Part shown: one piece after another, positions 27,115 to 35,481 of the stretch
Numbering within the stretch: the stretch's first letter is position 1
How the letters are laid out: every line of letters begins with the position of its first letter
Virus record (IMG/VR): IMGVR_UViG_3300048856_000094
Coordinates: 1 to 41,359 of that record
Reading direction: 5' to 3' (one strand)
Length of the DNA: 41,359 nt
Origin: a virus
Taxonomy: Duplodnaviria; Caudoviricetes
Translations under genes and position numbers: made by a program
The notes under the pieces: model-generated
Told to the model about the DNA's origin: nothing
Databases searched by the model: none
What the model saw: only the letters and a program-made list of their open reading frames with translations

Positions 27115-27163
27115 ACCCGGGGGGCGAATTGTCCCGCAGGACCAACCCCCCAGGGAAGGACCC
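27115..27163 (-). other. Putative cos site (cosQ + cosN-like)
   Basis: Minus strand GGGTCCT (identical to lambda cosQ) at 27163-27157, then ~22 nt later ...CTGCG GGACAATTCGCC CCCCGGG, just upstream of terS. Confidence 0.65.
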
Positions 27164-27192
27164 AAGAAGGGGGGTGTTAGTGGACGATCAGC

Positions 27193-28212
27193 TCATCTCA
27201 GGCTTGCGGCCGAGCGATCAATGGAGAATTCGGAAGCACCGCAACTCTTCAGGAACAAGCCTAATTGTATGGGGTCCATTTTACACATGGGACCAAGCAT
27301 TACCTTTTCGATCATTGCTTGGATATTCATCGCCTTCGGAAACATGAAGTGTGGGACGATATCGTCGTCACGGAATCGGAATCTTAATTCAGCCGCCTCA
27401 TCCGCGTCGGAAAGCGAGATCTGCGACTCCTTGACGCTCCATGCTTTAGACAGATGCGAAATAGGGAAGTATATCAACCGCCATTCAGCTTCCTCGCGGA
27501 ATGCTGGATTTTTAAATAGCGGCTCGATGTAGTGTATCATTATATTTACAGTGGCAGATATCGGGATGAATGGATGAAGATTTGGCTCATAGAAAGAAGA
27601 GTCCACTTCATCTACGATTGACTTAATGAAAAGTGAAATTTTAGAAATCAAACGTTCTTGTAAATCTTCTTCATACAGAACTTTTGCAAGAACTGTTTGT
27701 CCGCCCATCTGTGATTTCTTGATGTTAAGCATAGGTACGCCGAGCTTAGAAGAAGCGAAACCTAATGCTATACCTTTACCGCCAGAAGCGTATGCTCTCC
27801 ATTGGCTCAACAAGTCGGGCTGAGCCGATAAGGACATTACATATGGATCGAGAAGAAAATCTATTTGGGTGGCTTCTAGATAAGTTAGGAACTCTTTTGA
27901 TATATCCTTCAATTTTATGTTTAGAAGCTCCCTGATCCAGCGACCTTCCTTGTAATCATTCATAGTTCTTATCGAACTCATGAATGCTTTCCCAGATCTA
28001 CAAATTCCTTCCATGGAAGATAATGGGCAGTAGTGCCACAAAATATCTGGAGGAGGCGTATTCATCGCTGCGTTGATGGTGCTGTGAACTTCTTTTGACC
28101 AAGTACCATCTTCAGCAAGGTGGCGGTTATAAAGTGATCGCCAACGATCAACTGATTGGGCAGGGTGGTCAGAGGCGTGTGTAGCTTTCGCGGCGTTATT
28201 TTTAATGTTCAA
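27193..28212 (-). CDS. DUF2971-like protein, low-GC moron
   Basis: HYC...GI, MND..EG, SLS...DLLSQWRAYA..G.GIALGF, K...F.EE.EWRL, V.LGP; markedly AT-rich. Confidence 0.8.
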   Translation of the reverse strand: MNIKNNAAKATHASDHPAQSVDRWRSLYNRHLAEDGTWSKEVHSTINAAMNTPPPDILWHYCPLSSMEGICRSGKAFMSSIRTMNDYKEGRWIRELLNIKLKDISKEFLTYLEATQIDFLLDPYVMSLSAQPDLLSQWRAYASGGKGIALGFASSKLGVPMLNIKKSQMGGQTVLAKVLYEEDLQERLISKISLFIKSIVDEVDSSFYEPNLHPFIPISATVNIMIHYIEPLFKNPAFREEAEWRLIYFPISHLSKAWSVKESQISLSDADEAAELRFRFRDDDIVPHFMFPKAMNIQAMIEKVMLGPMCKMDPIQLGLFLKSCGASEFSIDRSAASLR

Positions 28213-28298
28213 AGTGAGGAACTCCTTAACGGGAGCACAATTCCTAAGACGGAGCGTTCCCGCAAGCTCTAGCCAACGTCAGCAGTGACGCATCTTGA

Positions 28299-28934
28299 TC
28301 ATTGCAGAGGTTTTGCCGAAGTCAGCGCCTTTGCCAGCGACTGCCGGAAGGCGCTCGGCCAAGCGGCTTGGGTCACCTTGAGGGTGCGGGCCTTAAAGCC
28401 GAAGCGCGGCTTGTAGGACGCCTTGGAGGCGTAGAAGGCCAGCAGCTTGGTGGCGCCGCCCTTCAGGCGCTGCCAGAGACCTGGCACGCCGTCGATCTTG
28501 CCGCTGAAGGTAGCGGGCTTGGCGCGCGCCGCAGCCACCGCGCCCTTCGGCATGTTGCCATACTGGTTCCGCCGGATCTGGCGCGGCAGCAGGATGGCCC
28601 GCTTCTTCGGCTGCCTGGTGCCGCCGGTCTCCTGCAGCTCCAGGTACTCGGCCTGCTTGTCCTTCACGAAAATCCGCGCTTCCAGCGTCGCCTTGGTGGC
28701 GCGCTGCACGCCGATGCTGTTCATCGTGAAGGGTGTCGGCCGGTCGAAGATCGAGGGCATCTGCCGCCGCACCGCGACCTGCGCGGCCGCAGCGGTGTCG
28801 TTCAGGGCGCGGGCGGCAGCGAAAGGCACCTGCTTCCGCGCCAGGTCATCCAGCGCCCGGGTCATGGGTCGGAAGTCGGCGTGGAAGTCAGGCTTCACGG
28901 AAGGTGCCGCAAGCAGGATTCGACTCACGATCAC
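28299..28934 (-). CDS. Conserved phage late protein (tail completion/minor-tail-like); start uncertain
   Basis: KQVPFA.ARALN.TA...FDRPT.FT...YL..QE.GG.R, Y.PRF.F motifs. Confidence 0.75.
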   Translation of the reverse strand: MIVSRILLAAPSVKPDFHADFRPMTRALDDLARKQVPFAAARALNDTAAAAQVAVRRQMPSIFDRPTPFTMNSIGVQRATKATLEARIFVKDKQAEYLELQETGGTRQPKKRAILLPRQIRRNQYGNMPKGAVAAARAKPATFSGKIDGVPGLWQRLKGGATKLLAFYASKASYKPRFGFKARTLKVTQAAWPSAFRQSLAKALTSAKPLQ

Positions 28935-29003
28935 GCAACCTGCGAGAGCCTTTCGTGTTGCTCATCAACCAGAGATTGCGGTCTCTCAAAAGGGCAAGGC
29001 ATC

Positions 29004-29147
29004 ATGTTGGCTACCATCGCGACTATCGCTGCTACCGCTCTCGCGGCGCCATTGATCGCAGGCGCCCTGGTAGTGCTGGCCGTGGTAGGCGTTGCAGTGG
29101 CTGGGCACCTCACGAGCCTTGTTCCAAAGCCGCCTTTCCAGGCGTAG
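29004..29147 (+). CDS. 47-aa hydrophobic peptide, antisense orientation
   Basis: MLATIATIAATALAAPLIAGALVVLAVVGVAVAGHL..., filling the gap between minus-strand genes. Confidence 0.4.
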   Translation: MLATIATIAATALAAPLIAGALVVLAVVGVAVAGHLTSLVPKPPFQA

Positions 29148-29436
29148 CCCGCGGAAGCGGCACCTGCACCAGCGCACCGCTGGCTAGCTTCTCGTTGATG
29201 GCCCGCTGGTCATCGCGCAGTAGCCAATTGGACAGCAGGTAGATCGGCGTTCCATGCGGGCGGCCGAGGAAGCCGGTGGAGCGATCGGCCACCGCATGCA
29301 CCTCCTGCCCTTCCGGCGTCCGGTACTGGCCCTGCCCCGTTGGTTCCCAGCCGAACTCGGCGGTCACCAGCTGGTGGGCCTTGGCCATGCTGCGGGAGAC
29401 CAGCAGCGCCACAGGGCGCGCGAGGACCTCCGACAT
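29110..29436 (-). CDS. Hypothetical protein
   Basis: TGATG coupling to the upstream gene. Confidence 0.65.
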   Translation of the reverse strand: MSEVLARPVALLVSRSMAKAHQLVTAEFGWEPTGQGQYRTPEGQEVHAVADRSTGFLGRPHGTPIYLLSNWLLRDDQRAINEKLASGALVQVPLPRATPGKAALEQGS

Positions 29437-29675
29437 CAGTGGCCGCGCGCCAGGCGCTTGGCGGCCTTCCGTGCGCGCTTAGCTAGCGCCGCGTCGAGGG
29501 TGAGGAAGTCGCTGGCGCTCATGCGCACCGCAGCGCGCCGCGGCCCTTCCTTGGGGCTGCGGCGCACCATGGCGTCGGCCACCACAATGCGGCGGCTCGT
29601 CTCGGAGCTGCTGGGCAGCAGGATCATGCCGGCTGCCGCGAGGGCGGCGCCAAGAAGGCGCATCGATCGCAGCAT
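29436..29675 (-). CDS. Hypothetical protein, hydrophobic N-terminus and basic C-terminus
   Basis: TGATG coupling on both sides. Confidence 0.6.
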   Translation of the reverse strand: MLRSMRLLGAALAAAGMILLPSSSETSRRIVVADAMVRRSPKEGPRRAAVRMSASDFLTLDAALAKRARKAAKRLARGH

Positions 29676-30034
29676 CAGCGGACCTCCAGCATGGTGTAGC
29701 CCTTGCGACCTTCCTTGCCGGGCATGTGCTTCCCGACCATGGAGCGCGTGATCTTCGGCCCCACCGTCTCCGGCAGCTCGGCCACCTCGGTGCGCGTCAG
29801 AACATGCGTGCCGGCGTAGGCAACAGACGCATCACCCATCGCCTGCAGCAGCACCGGCTTCAGCTCCTTCAGCCGCTTTTCCAGCCGGTTCTTCTCCGGC
29901 GCGGCTTTGGCGTATTCGGCGGCCAGCTTCAGCAGCGCCGGGTCCGTGATGACCGGATAGTTGGTGCCAGCAGGCGCCGCCGGCGTCGGATCGGCCGCAG
30001 CCTTCTTGGCGCGCGGCTTCGGGGGGGTGGCCAT
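29675..30034 (-). CDS. Hypothetical protein with coiled-coil segment
   Basis: ATG 30034 overlaps the recombinase stop; KNRLEKRLKELK helix. Confidence 0.7.
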   Translation of the reverse strand: MATPPKPRAKKAAADPTPAAPAGTNYPVITDPALLKLAAEYAKAAPEKNRLEKRLKELKPVLLQAMGDASVAYAGTHVLTRTEVAELPETVGPKITRSMVGKHMPGKEGRKGYTMLEVR

Positions 30035-30750
30035 CAGGCGGAAGTCCTCTTCAGGATGCGGGCCACCTGCACGGGGTGCCAAACGTCACCGCCTGCAGGC
30101 GTGCGGATGCCGCGCGCGGTGAGCGCCTCGGCAATCTGCGAATGGTTGGCGCAGCCGGCCTTCTGCGCCGCCAGGATGGCGGGCAGCACATCGCGGGCGT
30201 GCTGCCCGGCCTTGGCGATGCGGATCTGGGTGGCCTGGCTGACCGAGGCGCCGTCTCCGGCGCGGAGCTGCGGGTTGCCGAGCTTCACGCCGCGCGCCTT
30301 GGCCGCCTGCAAGGCGGCCTTGGTGCGCGCCGAGATCATCTCGCGCTCATGCTCGGCCACGGCGGCCAGGATGTGGATGGTCAGGCGGCTGGCATGTGGG
30401 TTGTCGCAAGCGACGAACTCGATGCCGGCTTCCATCAGGTTGGAGACGAAGGCGACGTTACGGGCCAGCCGGTCCAGCTTGGCGATCACCAGCGTGGCGC
30501 GGCGCGACCGGCAGGCGGCGATGGCCGCGAGGATCTGGGGGCGGTCATTCTTCTTGCCGCTCTCCACCTCCCGGAACACGTCCAGGATGCGGCCGCCGGC
30601 GGCGCGCACATGGCGCTCAACCGCGTCTTGCTGGGCCTCTAATCCGAGGCCACTGGCGCCCTGCTTGTCGGTGGATACGCGGTAGTAGGCGACGAACCCC
30701 GGAACGCCGTCCCCGCCCCCCAGCCTCTTCAGCGGGGTTTTGCGGGCCAT
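30034..30750 (-). CDS. Small serine recombinase (resolvase family with short recombinase-type C-terminus)
   Basis: YYRVSTDKQ, ESG...DRP.L-like, KLDRLARN, EREMIS.RTK, IA..L..RGI.T..GG..W. Confidence 0.93.
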   Translation of the reverse strand: MARKTPLKRLGGGDGVPGFVAYYRVSTDKQGASGLGLEAQQDAVERHVRAAGGRILDVFREVESGKKNDRPQILAAIAACRSRRATLVIAKLDRLARNVAFVSNLMEAGIEFVACDNPHASRLTIHILAAVAEHEREMISARTKAALQAAKARGVKLGNPQLRAGDGASVSQATQIRIAKAGQHARDVLPAILAAQKAGCANHSQIAEALTARGIRTPAGGDVWHPVQVARILKRTSA

Positions 30751-30782
30751 TCTGGATCCCGATTATGGGTCGGAGGGGGTGA

Positions 30783-30813
30783 ACACTACGAAACGTCCGT
30801 TTGACGAAATGTG
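30783..30813. promoter_or_regulatory. Dyad upstream of the recombinase (possible res/crossover or autoregulatory site)
   Basis: AAACG-TC-CGTTT at 30791-30802 with a 2-bp centre, ~40 bp upstream of ATG. Confidence 0.45.
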
Positions 30814-30992
30814 CAGGCCGTTGGGGGCCTTCTTCCAGAAAGGAAGAGGGCATTCAGCCGAATGATCAGCACCCCTGAACGCATCAGGCATGCAGTCATT
30901 GCGGCCTGCACTTAGCTAAAATCAGGGCGTCGACACCTCATATGCGCCGCCGCCGGTCGAAATTGTTTCGGTCGTGTTTGCACTGGCCTTGG

Positions 30993-31247
30993 ATGGAACA
31001 CGAAGCTCTGCGGAAGCTACCCCATCATCAGACGCATGCCGGCGAAGGCGCTGCTGTGTGGGAAAAGATGTATGCAGCATGGCAGGTGGCGCGCAGCGCT
31101 ATTGAACAAGCGGCTGTTGCCAATCCGCAGGGCTTTGATCCCGAGCACATGGCGCAGCTACGCATGCAAGAACTACGAGCCTGGAAAAATCTCCAGAACG
31201 CTGCTGTCTTGGCTACTCTGGGTAAACTCGATCCGGAGCAGCTTTAG
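30993..31247 (+). CDS. Hypothetical protein (lower-GC, opposite orientation)
   Basis: Helical 84-aa ORF in an otherwise empty gap; start uncertain. Confidence 0.5.
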   Translation: MEHEALRKLPHHQTHAGEGAAVWEKMYAAWQVARSAIEQAAVANPQGFDPEHMAQLRMQELRAWKNLQNAAVLATLGKLDPEQL

Positions 31248-31256
31248 CCGCCTGTA

Positions 31257-31463
31257 TCACCCGCCAACGGTCGTTGTGGCCGGTGGTACAGCGGCCGGCT
31301 CCTGATCGGGGCCGAGGATCAGCGCCGGCGGCGACGCAGTCGGCGTAACAACGAGATCGAGTGCGGCAGTGCTGAGCCCCTTCAGGGCCTCGCAGTCCGG
31401 ATGCGACACGCCGCAGATGCGGCCCGAAAGGCCGCGCGCGGCGGGGCAGGTGCATTCATACAT
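31257..31463 (-). CDS. Small Cys-containing hypothetical protein
   Basis: MYECTCP...IC...HPDC; TGATG coupling. Confidence 0.5.
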   Translation of the reverse strand: MYECTCPAARGLSGRICGVSHPDCEALKGLSTAALDLVVTPTASPPALILGPDQEPAAVPPATTTVGG

Positions 31464-31840
31464 CAGGCCAGCTCCGGCGTCCGGGTGGTGACAATGCCCT
31501 TGATCTGCAGCGGCCAGGTCAACCGATCCATGGCTTCCTGCCACAGGTGATGGTCGCCGGGATGGCGCACCGGGTCCGGTACTTCCTGGCGGTCGCCCCA
31601 GCGGCGCATGACCACCGCATGCTCCAGATAGATGCGGCGCTGGCGGTAGAGCCGGTCGATGCACTTCAGCACATCGTCCGGCTCACATGGGCGCGCGACC
31701 CAGCCCAGCGCGACAATGGGCCCGGCACCGTCCCGGCGCGCGGTCAGCGCGGCCGAGGTCCAGAGCCAAGCATCGTCTGCGGAGGCGAAGGGTCGCGCGC
31801 CCTCCAGCACGCCCAGGGGCGTGTCTGAGGAAGGGGGCAT
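31463..31840 (-). CDS. Conserved alphaproteobacterial hypothetical protein
   Basis: PF.SA..AW.W...AR.DGA...RPCEPDDV...DRLYRQRRI...W.EA..RL..PL..KGIV. Confidence 0.75.
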   Translation of the reverse strand: MPPSSDTPLGVLEGARPFASADDAWLWTSAALTARRDGAGPIVALGWVARPCEPDDVLKCIDRLYRQRRIYLEHAVVMRRWGDRQEVPDPVRHPGDHHLWQEAMDRLTWPLQIKGIVTTRTPELA

Positions 31841-31880
31841 TTCAGGGATTTCCAGGTGGTGCCGGCGTTCAGGAGCCCTG

Positions 31881-31917
31881 AAACGCAAAGCGCCCGGGGC
31901 CGTGAGGCACCGGGCGC
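31881..31917 (-). terminator. Intrinsic terminator (tR'-like)
   Basis: GCGCCCGG...CCGGGCGC stem followed by TTTGCGTTT on the minus strand. Confidence 0.6.
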
Positions 31918-31934
31918 AATTATGGCGGTGGGAA

Positions 31935-31964
31935 TTTCTACCGTTTTCGACGCCGCCGCGTCAA
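31935..31964 (-). promoter_or_regulatory. Putative late promoter (pR'-like)
   Basis: TTGACG-18-TAGAAA overlapping the stop of the Q-position gene; a CATAAT -10-like element and a terminator follow. Confidence 0.5.
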
Positions 31965-32698
31965 GCCATGTCGATGCCCCAGCGCTGCGCCAAGTGGCGC
32001 AGGCTGTTCGCCAGCGCATCAGCGCGGGCCGCCTGCCCCCGCACCGTCAGCTCTTCCAGGCAGAGGCCGGTCAGCAGCTCGTCGCCCGGGTAGCCAATCT
32101 CTTCCATCAGCCGGTTCCAGGCGCGGCGGGCCTGCGCCATGCCATCGCTCATTTCCGCGACGCCGGTGCCGTTGCGGCCGATCTGCGCCACCTTGGAGGA
32201 GAACAGCCCAGCATCGTTGAACAGCGCCAGCAGCCGGTTGGCCACCGCATACTGCCAGTCGTTCAGCTGGCCATTGTCCCACATCCGATCGATCAGGTGG
32301 CTGTCGGCAAACTGGCGGGTCAGCGCCGCAGCCAGGGTGTCATCGGACAGGAAGGCGATGGGCACCAGGCGCTGCGGCCGGGCCAGCATCGCGGTCATGT
32401 CCTCGTCGTCTTCGCCATCTTGGCGCTTGCGCAGGATCTCGCTGGCCAGGGCGCGGGACTGGCGCTCGCGCTCCAGTGCCTCGGCGCGCTGCTGCCGGGC
32501 TGCGTCCGCGACCTCGTCGGAACAGACCCATGGCTTCGGCAGGTCCTGGCGGGCCTCGTCAAAGACCACCACCTCCGCCGTCTGCTGCTCCTGCCGCGGC
32601 ATGGCGCCGGCCGGCAGGCTCAGGATGATACGCTGCGCCGGGGCTGCCTCGACGGCGGCCCCAAGCATCGAAATCTCAGCTGCGGCCGTGGCCGTCAT
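31961..32698 (-). CDS. Putative late-gene regulator in the Q position (DUF6456-like); may start at 32845
   Basis: IDRM...GQL...QY..A.RL and L...L..LA..WG C-terminus; after the replication gene and before a promoter/terminator. Confidence 0.65.
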   Translation of the reverse strand: MTATAAAEISMLGAAVEAAPAQRIILSLPAGAMPRQEQQTAEVVVFDEARQDLPKPWVCSDEVADAARQQRAEALERERQSRALASEILRKRQDGEDDEDMTAMLARPQRLVPIAFLSDDTLAAALTRQFADSHLIDRMWDNGQLNDWQYAVANRLLALFNDAGLFSSKVAQIGRNGTGVAEMSDGMAQARRAWNRLMEEIGYPGDELLTGLCLEELTVRGQAARADALANSLRHLAQRWGIDMA

Positions 32699-32844
32699 GT
32701 CCGCCCCCGCGCCGGAGCCCCCTTCGGCGCGGCGGGAGAATAGATGATGCTCACAGGTCCGTGAAGAAAAATTCGCGCTCAGGTTGGGTAGGCCGGAATA
32801 TTTCCCGCTGAGAAGCCCGGCACCTGAGAGGTTGCCGGCTTCCA

Positions 32845-33933
32845 TCAGGCGCACTGCCGCGCCGGCTCGGCCACCTGCAGCACGATGCCTCGGCAATCCG
32901 GCAGCAGCGCCCGGCAAGCGGCCTCGATCTGCACGCCAAAGCGGCCCGCCACATGGTCGCGATGGAAGCGGCCGGGGGCGGCGATCAGGGCATAGCCTTC
33001 CTCGACGCCCAGCAGCACCAGGCGGCCCAGCCAGGCGCGGTACTCCGCCGCCCCGGCCTGATGGCGCAGCGTCTCATGCACCCTTCGCCATTCCGCCATG
33101 AGGCCGGCGGCCTGGCAGGCCGGAGCCAGAGCGGCGGCAGGTTCGGCCACCGCTGGCGCGGCGCAGGACGCCAGGGCGGGCAGGTTGGCAGGCGCCCCCT
33201 TCCCGGCCCGCTCGGCATCCTCGTCGCACCACAGCTGCCAGCGAGCGGACACGTCCGCGACCGGCCTGCCGCAGGCCAGGTGGTGCTTGCGGAAGCGATC
33301 GGCCACCACCGCCGGATCCAGCCCGAGGCGCTCGGCATAGGCCGCATCCTCCCCCGATGGCTGCCAATCCGCTGCCAGAGGGTGGGCGGTCACGCGCGCC
33401 TGCGCGCCCCTCCCCCTGGTGGTTCTTTGATGGTTCTCTGGTGGTTCGGGTGCAGCAGCTGCACCCTCAGACGACGAAATCTGCACCCTAGAAATGACGT
33501 TTCCTGCACCCTTGAATGCCGCCGGATTCGTGGGTGCAGATTCTGCACCCTTGACCTTTTCGGCGGCGATGCCTTCCGAACTCTCCTGCTTCAAGCGAGG
33601 AGTTTTACAAATCTTGGTTTTGCGGACCTTCCTGGGTGCAGCATCTGCACCCTCAAGCGGCTTCGTCAGGTCCAACGCCCGGTTCAAGCGGTACCGCGAT
33701 GAGGTCTGGCGGCGCTTGAAGGTGAAGACGGCACCCATGCGCTCCAGGACGCGCAGCGCGCTCTGGACAGCCCGCTCGGACAGGCTGGTCCGGTTGCTCA
33801 GCGTTTCGACCGAAGGCCAGCATTCGTCGTTCTCGTCAGCGAAATCAGCCATCTCCTTCAGGACATGCCTGGGGTTGGGCTTGATGCGGGACTTGTGCAT
33901 CCCGTTGACCCAATTCATCGCGCCGATGCTCAT
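32845..33933 (-). CDS. Phage replication initiator (HTH_36 N-terminus, DnaT-like middle, DnaA-N-like C-terminus)
   Basis: VL..MADFADE...CWPSV.TL..RT.LSERAVQ..L..LE; L..DWQP; YRAWL..L...AP..F.RD.V..RF; contains iterons. Confidence 0.85.
   Translation of the reverse strand: MSIGAMNWVNGMHKSRIKPNPRHVLKEMADFADENDECWPSVETLSNRTSLSERAVQSALRVLERMGAVFTFKRRQTSSRYRLNRALDLTKPLEGADAAPRKVRKTKICKTPRLKQESSEGIAAEKVKGAESAPTNPAAFKGAGNVISRVQISSSEGAAAAPEPPENHQRTTRGRGAQARVTAHPLAADWQPSGEDAAYAERLGLDPAVVADRFRKHHLACGRPVADVSARWQLWCDEDAERAGKGAPANLPALASCAAPAVAEPAAALAPACQAAGLMAEWRRVHETLRHQAGAAEYRAWLGRLVLLGVEEGYALIAAPGRFHRDHVAGRFGVQIEAACRALLPDCRGIVLQVAEPARQCA
33422..33652. repeat. Phage origin: palindromic iterons inside the initiator gene
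   Basis: GGGTGCAG-N3-CTGCACCC at 33448, 33532 and 33634; half-sites CTGCACCC at 33481 and 33504; adjacent 11-bp-periodic GTTC repeats at 33422-33447. Confidence 0.82.
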
Positions 33934-34109
33934 AGCCGGTATCCAGCAAGCCGCCTGCGGTCGCACGCATGCGACCGCAGGGAAGAGGGAAGGAAGGAAA
34001 TCAGGCGCCCGCCGCCACCCTGGGGAGGTTCAGGGGATGTCGCGGCGGCGGGTCGCCACTCGCCCACACGAAGGGGGTTCGGGGGCGAGATCTCGGGAAA
34101 AGGGGTCAT
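33930..34109 (-). CDS. 59-aa hypothetical protein
   Basis: ATGA overlaps at both ends link it to its neighbours. Confidence 0.4.
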   Translation of the reverse strand: MTPFPEISPPNPLRVGEWRPAAATSPEPPQGGGGRLISFLPSSLRSHACDRRRLAGYRL

Positions 34110-34627
34110 GGCGCGAAGGTGGCCGCTGGCGCGGCGCTCGCGAGCTGCGCCGCCAAGGCCGCCAGCACGTCCTCGGACTGTGCATGCAGCTCCAGCGTCT
34201 CGCGTTGGATCCGCACCAGGTCCTTGGTGCAGAGGCGGCCATCGGACAGACCGGCGGCAAATTCGCGGGCCACATCGGCACTCTCGGCCGCCAGCGCCGC
34301 CAACTCCCGCACGACACACTGGCCGGCGCCAGGGTCCGGCTTCACCAGCGCCAGGCCGTGGATGCGCGCCAACTCCGCGGTGACCAGAGGGGCACCGGCG
34401 GCGTGCTCCAGCCGGGCGATCAGGTCCAGCGGTAGGCACTGCTGGCTGTGCTGGTTCTGGTAGTTGGAGAGCTGGGAGCGCCGCACCCGGCGGCCGCCAT
34501 CCGTTCGCAACACTGCGACCGTCGCATCCAGGCCGCCGAGGCGCTCGATCAGCTGGCGGGTGGCGGTCTTCAGGGCCTGGGCTTCGGCCTCGGCGCGCTG
34601 CGCCAAGGCTTGTGAATTGCATGTCAT
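34106..34627 (-). CDS. CII-like phage regulatory protein
   Basis: LK.ATR.LI...GG.., SQLS.Y, PLD.I..LE...G.P.VT..LA, E.ADV.......LSDG motifs. Confidence 0.72.
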   Translation of the reverse strand: MTCNSQALAQRAEAEAQALKTATRQLIERLGGLDATVAVLRTDGGRRVRRSQLSNYQNQHSQQCLPLDLIARLEHAAGAPLVTAELARIHGLALVKPDPGAGQCVVRELAALAAESADVAREFAAGLSDGRLCTKDLVRIQRETLELHAQSEDVLAALAAQLASAAPAATFAP

Positions 34628-34893
34628 ATGGACAAGCTCCAGTTTCCCTGGGCGCAGCGGCTGGGCAGGCTCAGCGCATCATGAGGACCATCGATCGGGG
34701 ACGCGGGCGCGGGGTGTGCCAGCGTCTCCACCTCCATCAGCGGCAGCGCTTCCTGTCCGTGCTGGACAACAGCACGGTGCGCAAGGCGCTGTGTGCCGTG
34801 CGCCAGAGCGCGCCGGATCGTCTCCGCACAGGGCGCAGGGGGCGCCAGGTGCCGTCGGGCAAGCCGATGGAGGGGAATTGCGGCGGCGGGCAT
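34624..34893 (-). CDS. Hypothetical protein
   Basis: GGAG RBS; ATGA overlap with the CII-like gene. Confidence 0.5.
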   Translation of the reverse strand: MPAAAIPLHRLARRHLAPPAPCAETIRRALAHGTQRLAHRAVVQHGQEALPLMEVETLAHPAPASPIDGPHDALSLPSRCAQGNWSLSI

Positions 34894-35067
34894 AGCAAAG
34901 GCTCCAGATACCGGCGGGCAGCCGGCGGCCGTCAGGACAAGGGCGCAGCGCTCCAGCGTCCGCGCTTCGGCAGGCGAAGCGGCAGAGAGGCCGAAAGGCA
35001 GAGCAAAAGGGTTCAGCGTTCCGCGCGCGGAGCCGCCAGCAGGCCCATCAGGGCGGAGGCAGGATGC

Positions 35068-35166
35068 TCAGGGCGCAACCTTCTTCCTCCTGCGGAAATG
35101 CGCGTTGCGCTGGGCGTAAATCCCTGGGCGCAGGTCCTGCAGGAGGAAAAGGAAGCCGGACTGCAT
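35068..35166 (-). CDS. 32-aa basic peptide MQSGFLFLLQDLRPGIYAQRNAHFRRRKKVAP
   Basis: Short ORF downstream of cro; weak RBS. Confidence 0.25.
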   Translation of the reverse strand: MQSGFLFLLQDLRPGIYAQRNAHFRRRKKVAP

Positions 35167-35223
35167 GGTTTCAGCCTGCGGTCGGGCGACTGGGGTGGCG
35201 TGCAGTTTCCAGGAGCGGCTGCA

Positions 35224-35475
35224 TCAAGCTGGCTCCGGAGTGACCGCCATCAGCGCGGACATGCCTTGTTGGGCTAAGCGCCGAGCACGATCCAATGCCA
35301 AATCCTGTACGGCCACAGCGCCTTTGGAAGCAGCTGCGACCTCAGTCCACCGAACATCAGGAACACCATGCTTCCTCCACGAAGCGAGCGTGCGCACGGA
35401 AATCCCCACTTCCTCGCGGAAGGGAGCCGGGCCGCCGGCCGCGGCGATGGCCGCTTCGAGAGGTGTTCCGATCAT
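35224..35475 (-). CDS. cro: Cro-like repressor
   Basis: LEAAI.AAGG...F...VGIS.RTL.SWRK.GVP..R...V..AS.G.V...DL; divergent from cI. Confidence 0.85.
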   Translation of the reverse strand: MIGTPLEAAIAAAGGPAPFREEVGISVRTLASWRKHGVPDVRWTEVAAASKGAVAVQDLALDRARRLAQQGMSALMAVTPEPA

Positions 35476-35481
35476 GCGCCC

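Noticed and set aside
30034-30750. Serine recombinase as the phage integrase
   Set aside because: At 238 aa it lacks the zinc-ribbon and coiled-coil domains of large serine integrases, it lies mid-genome, and no att repeats were seen.
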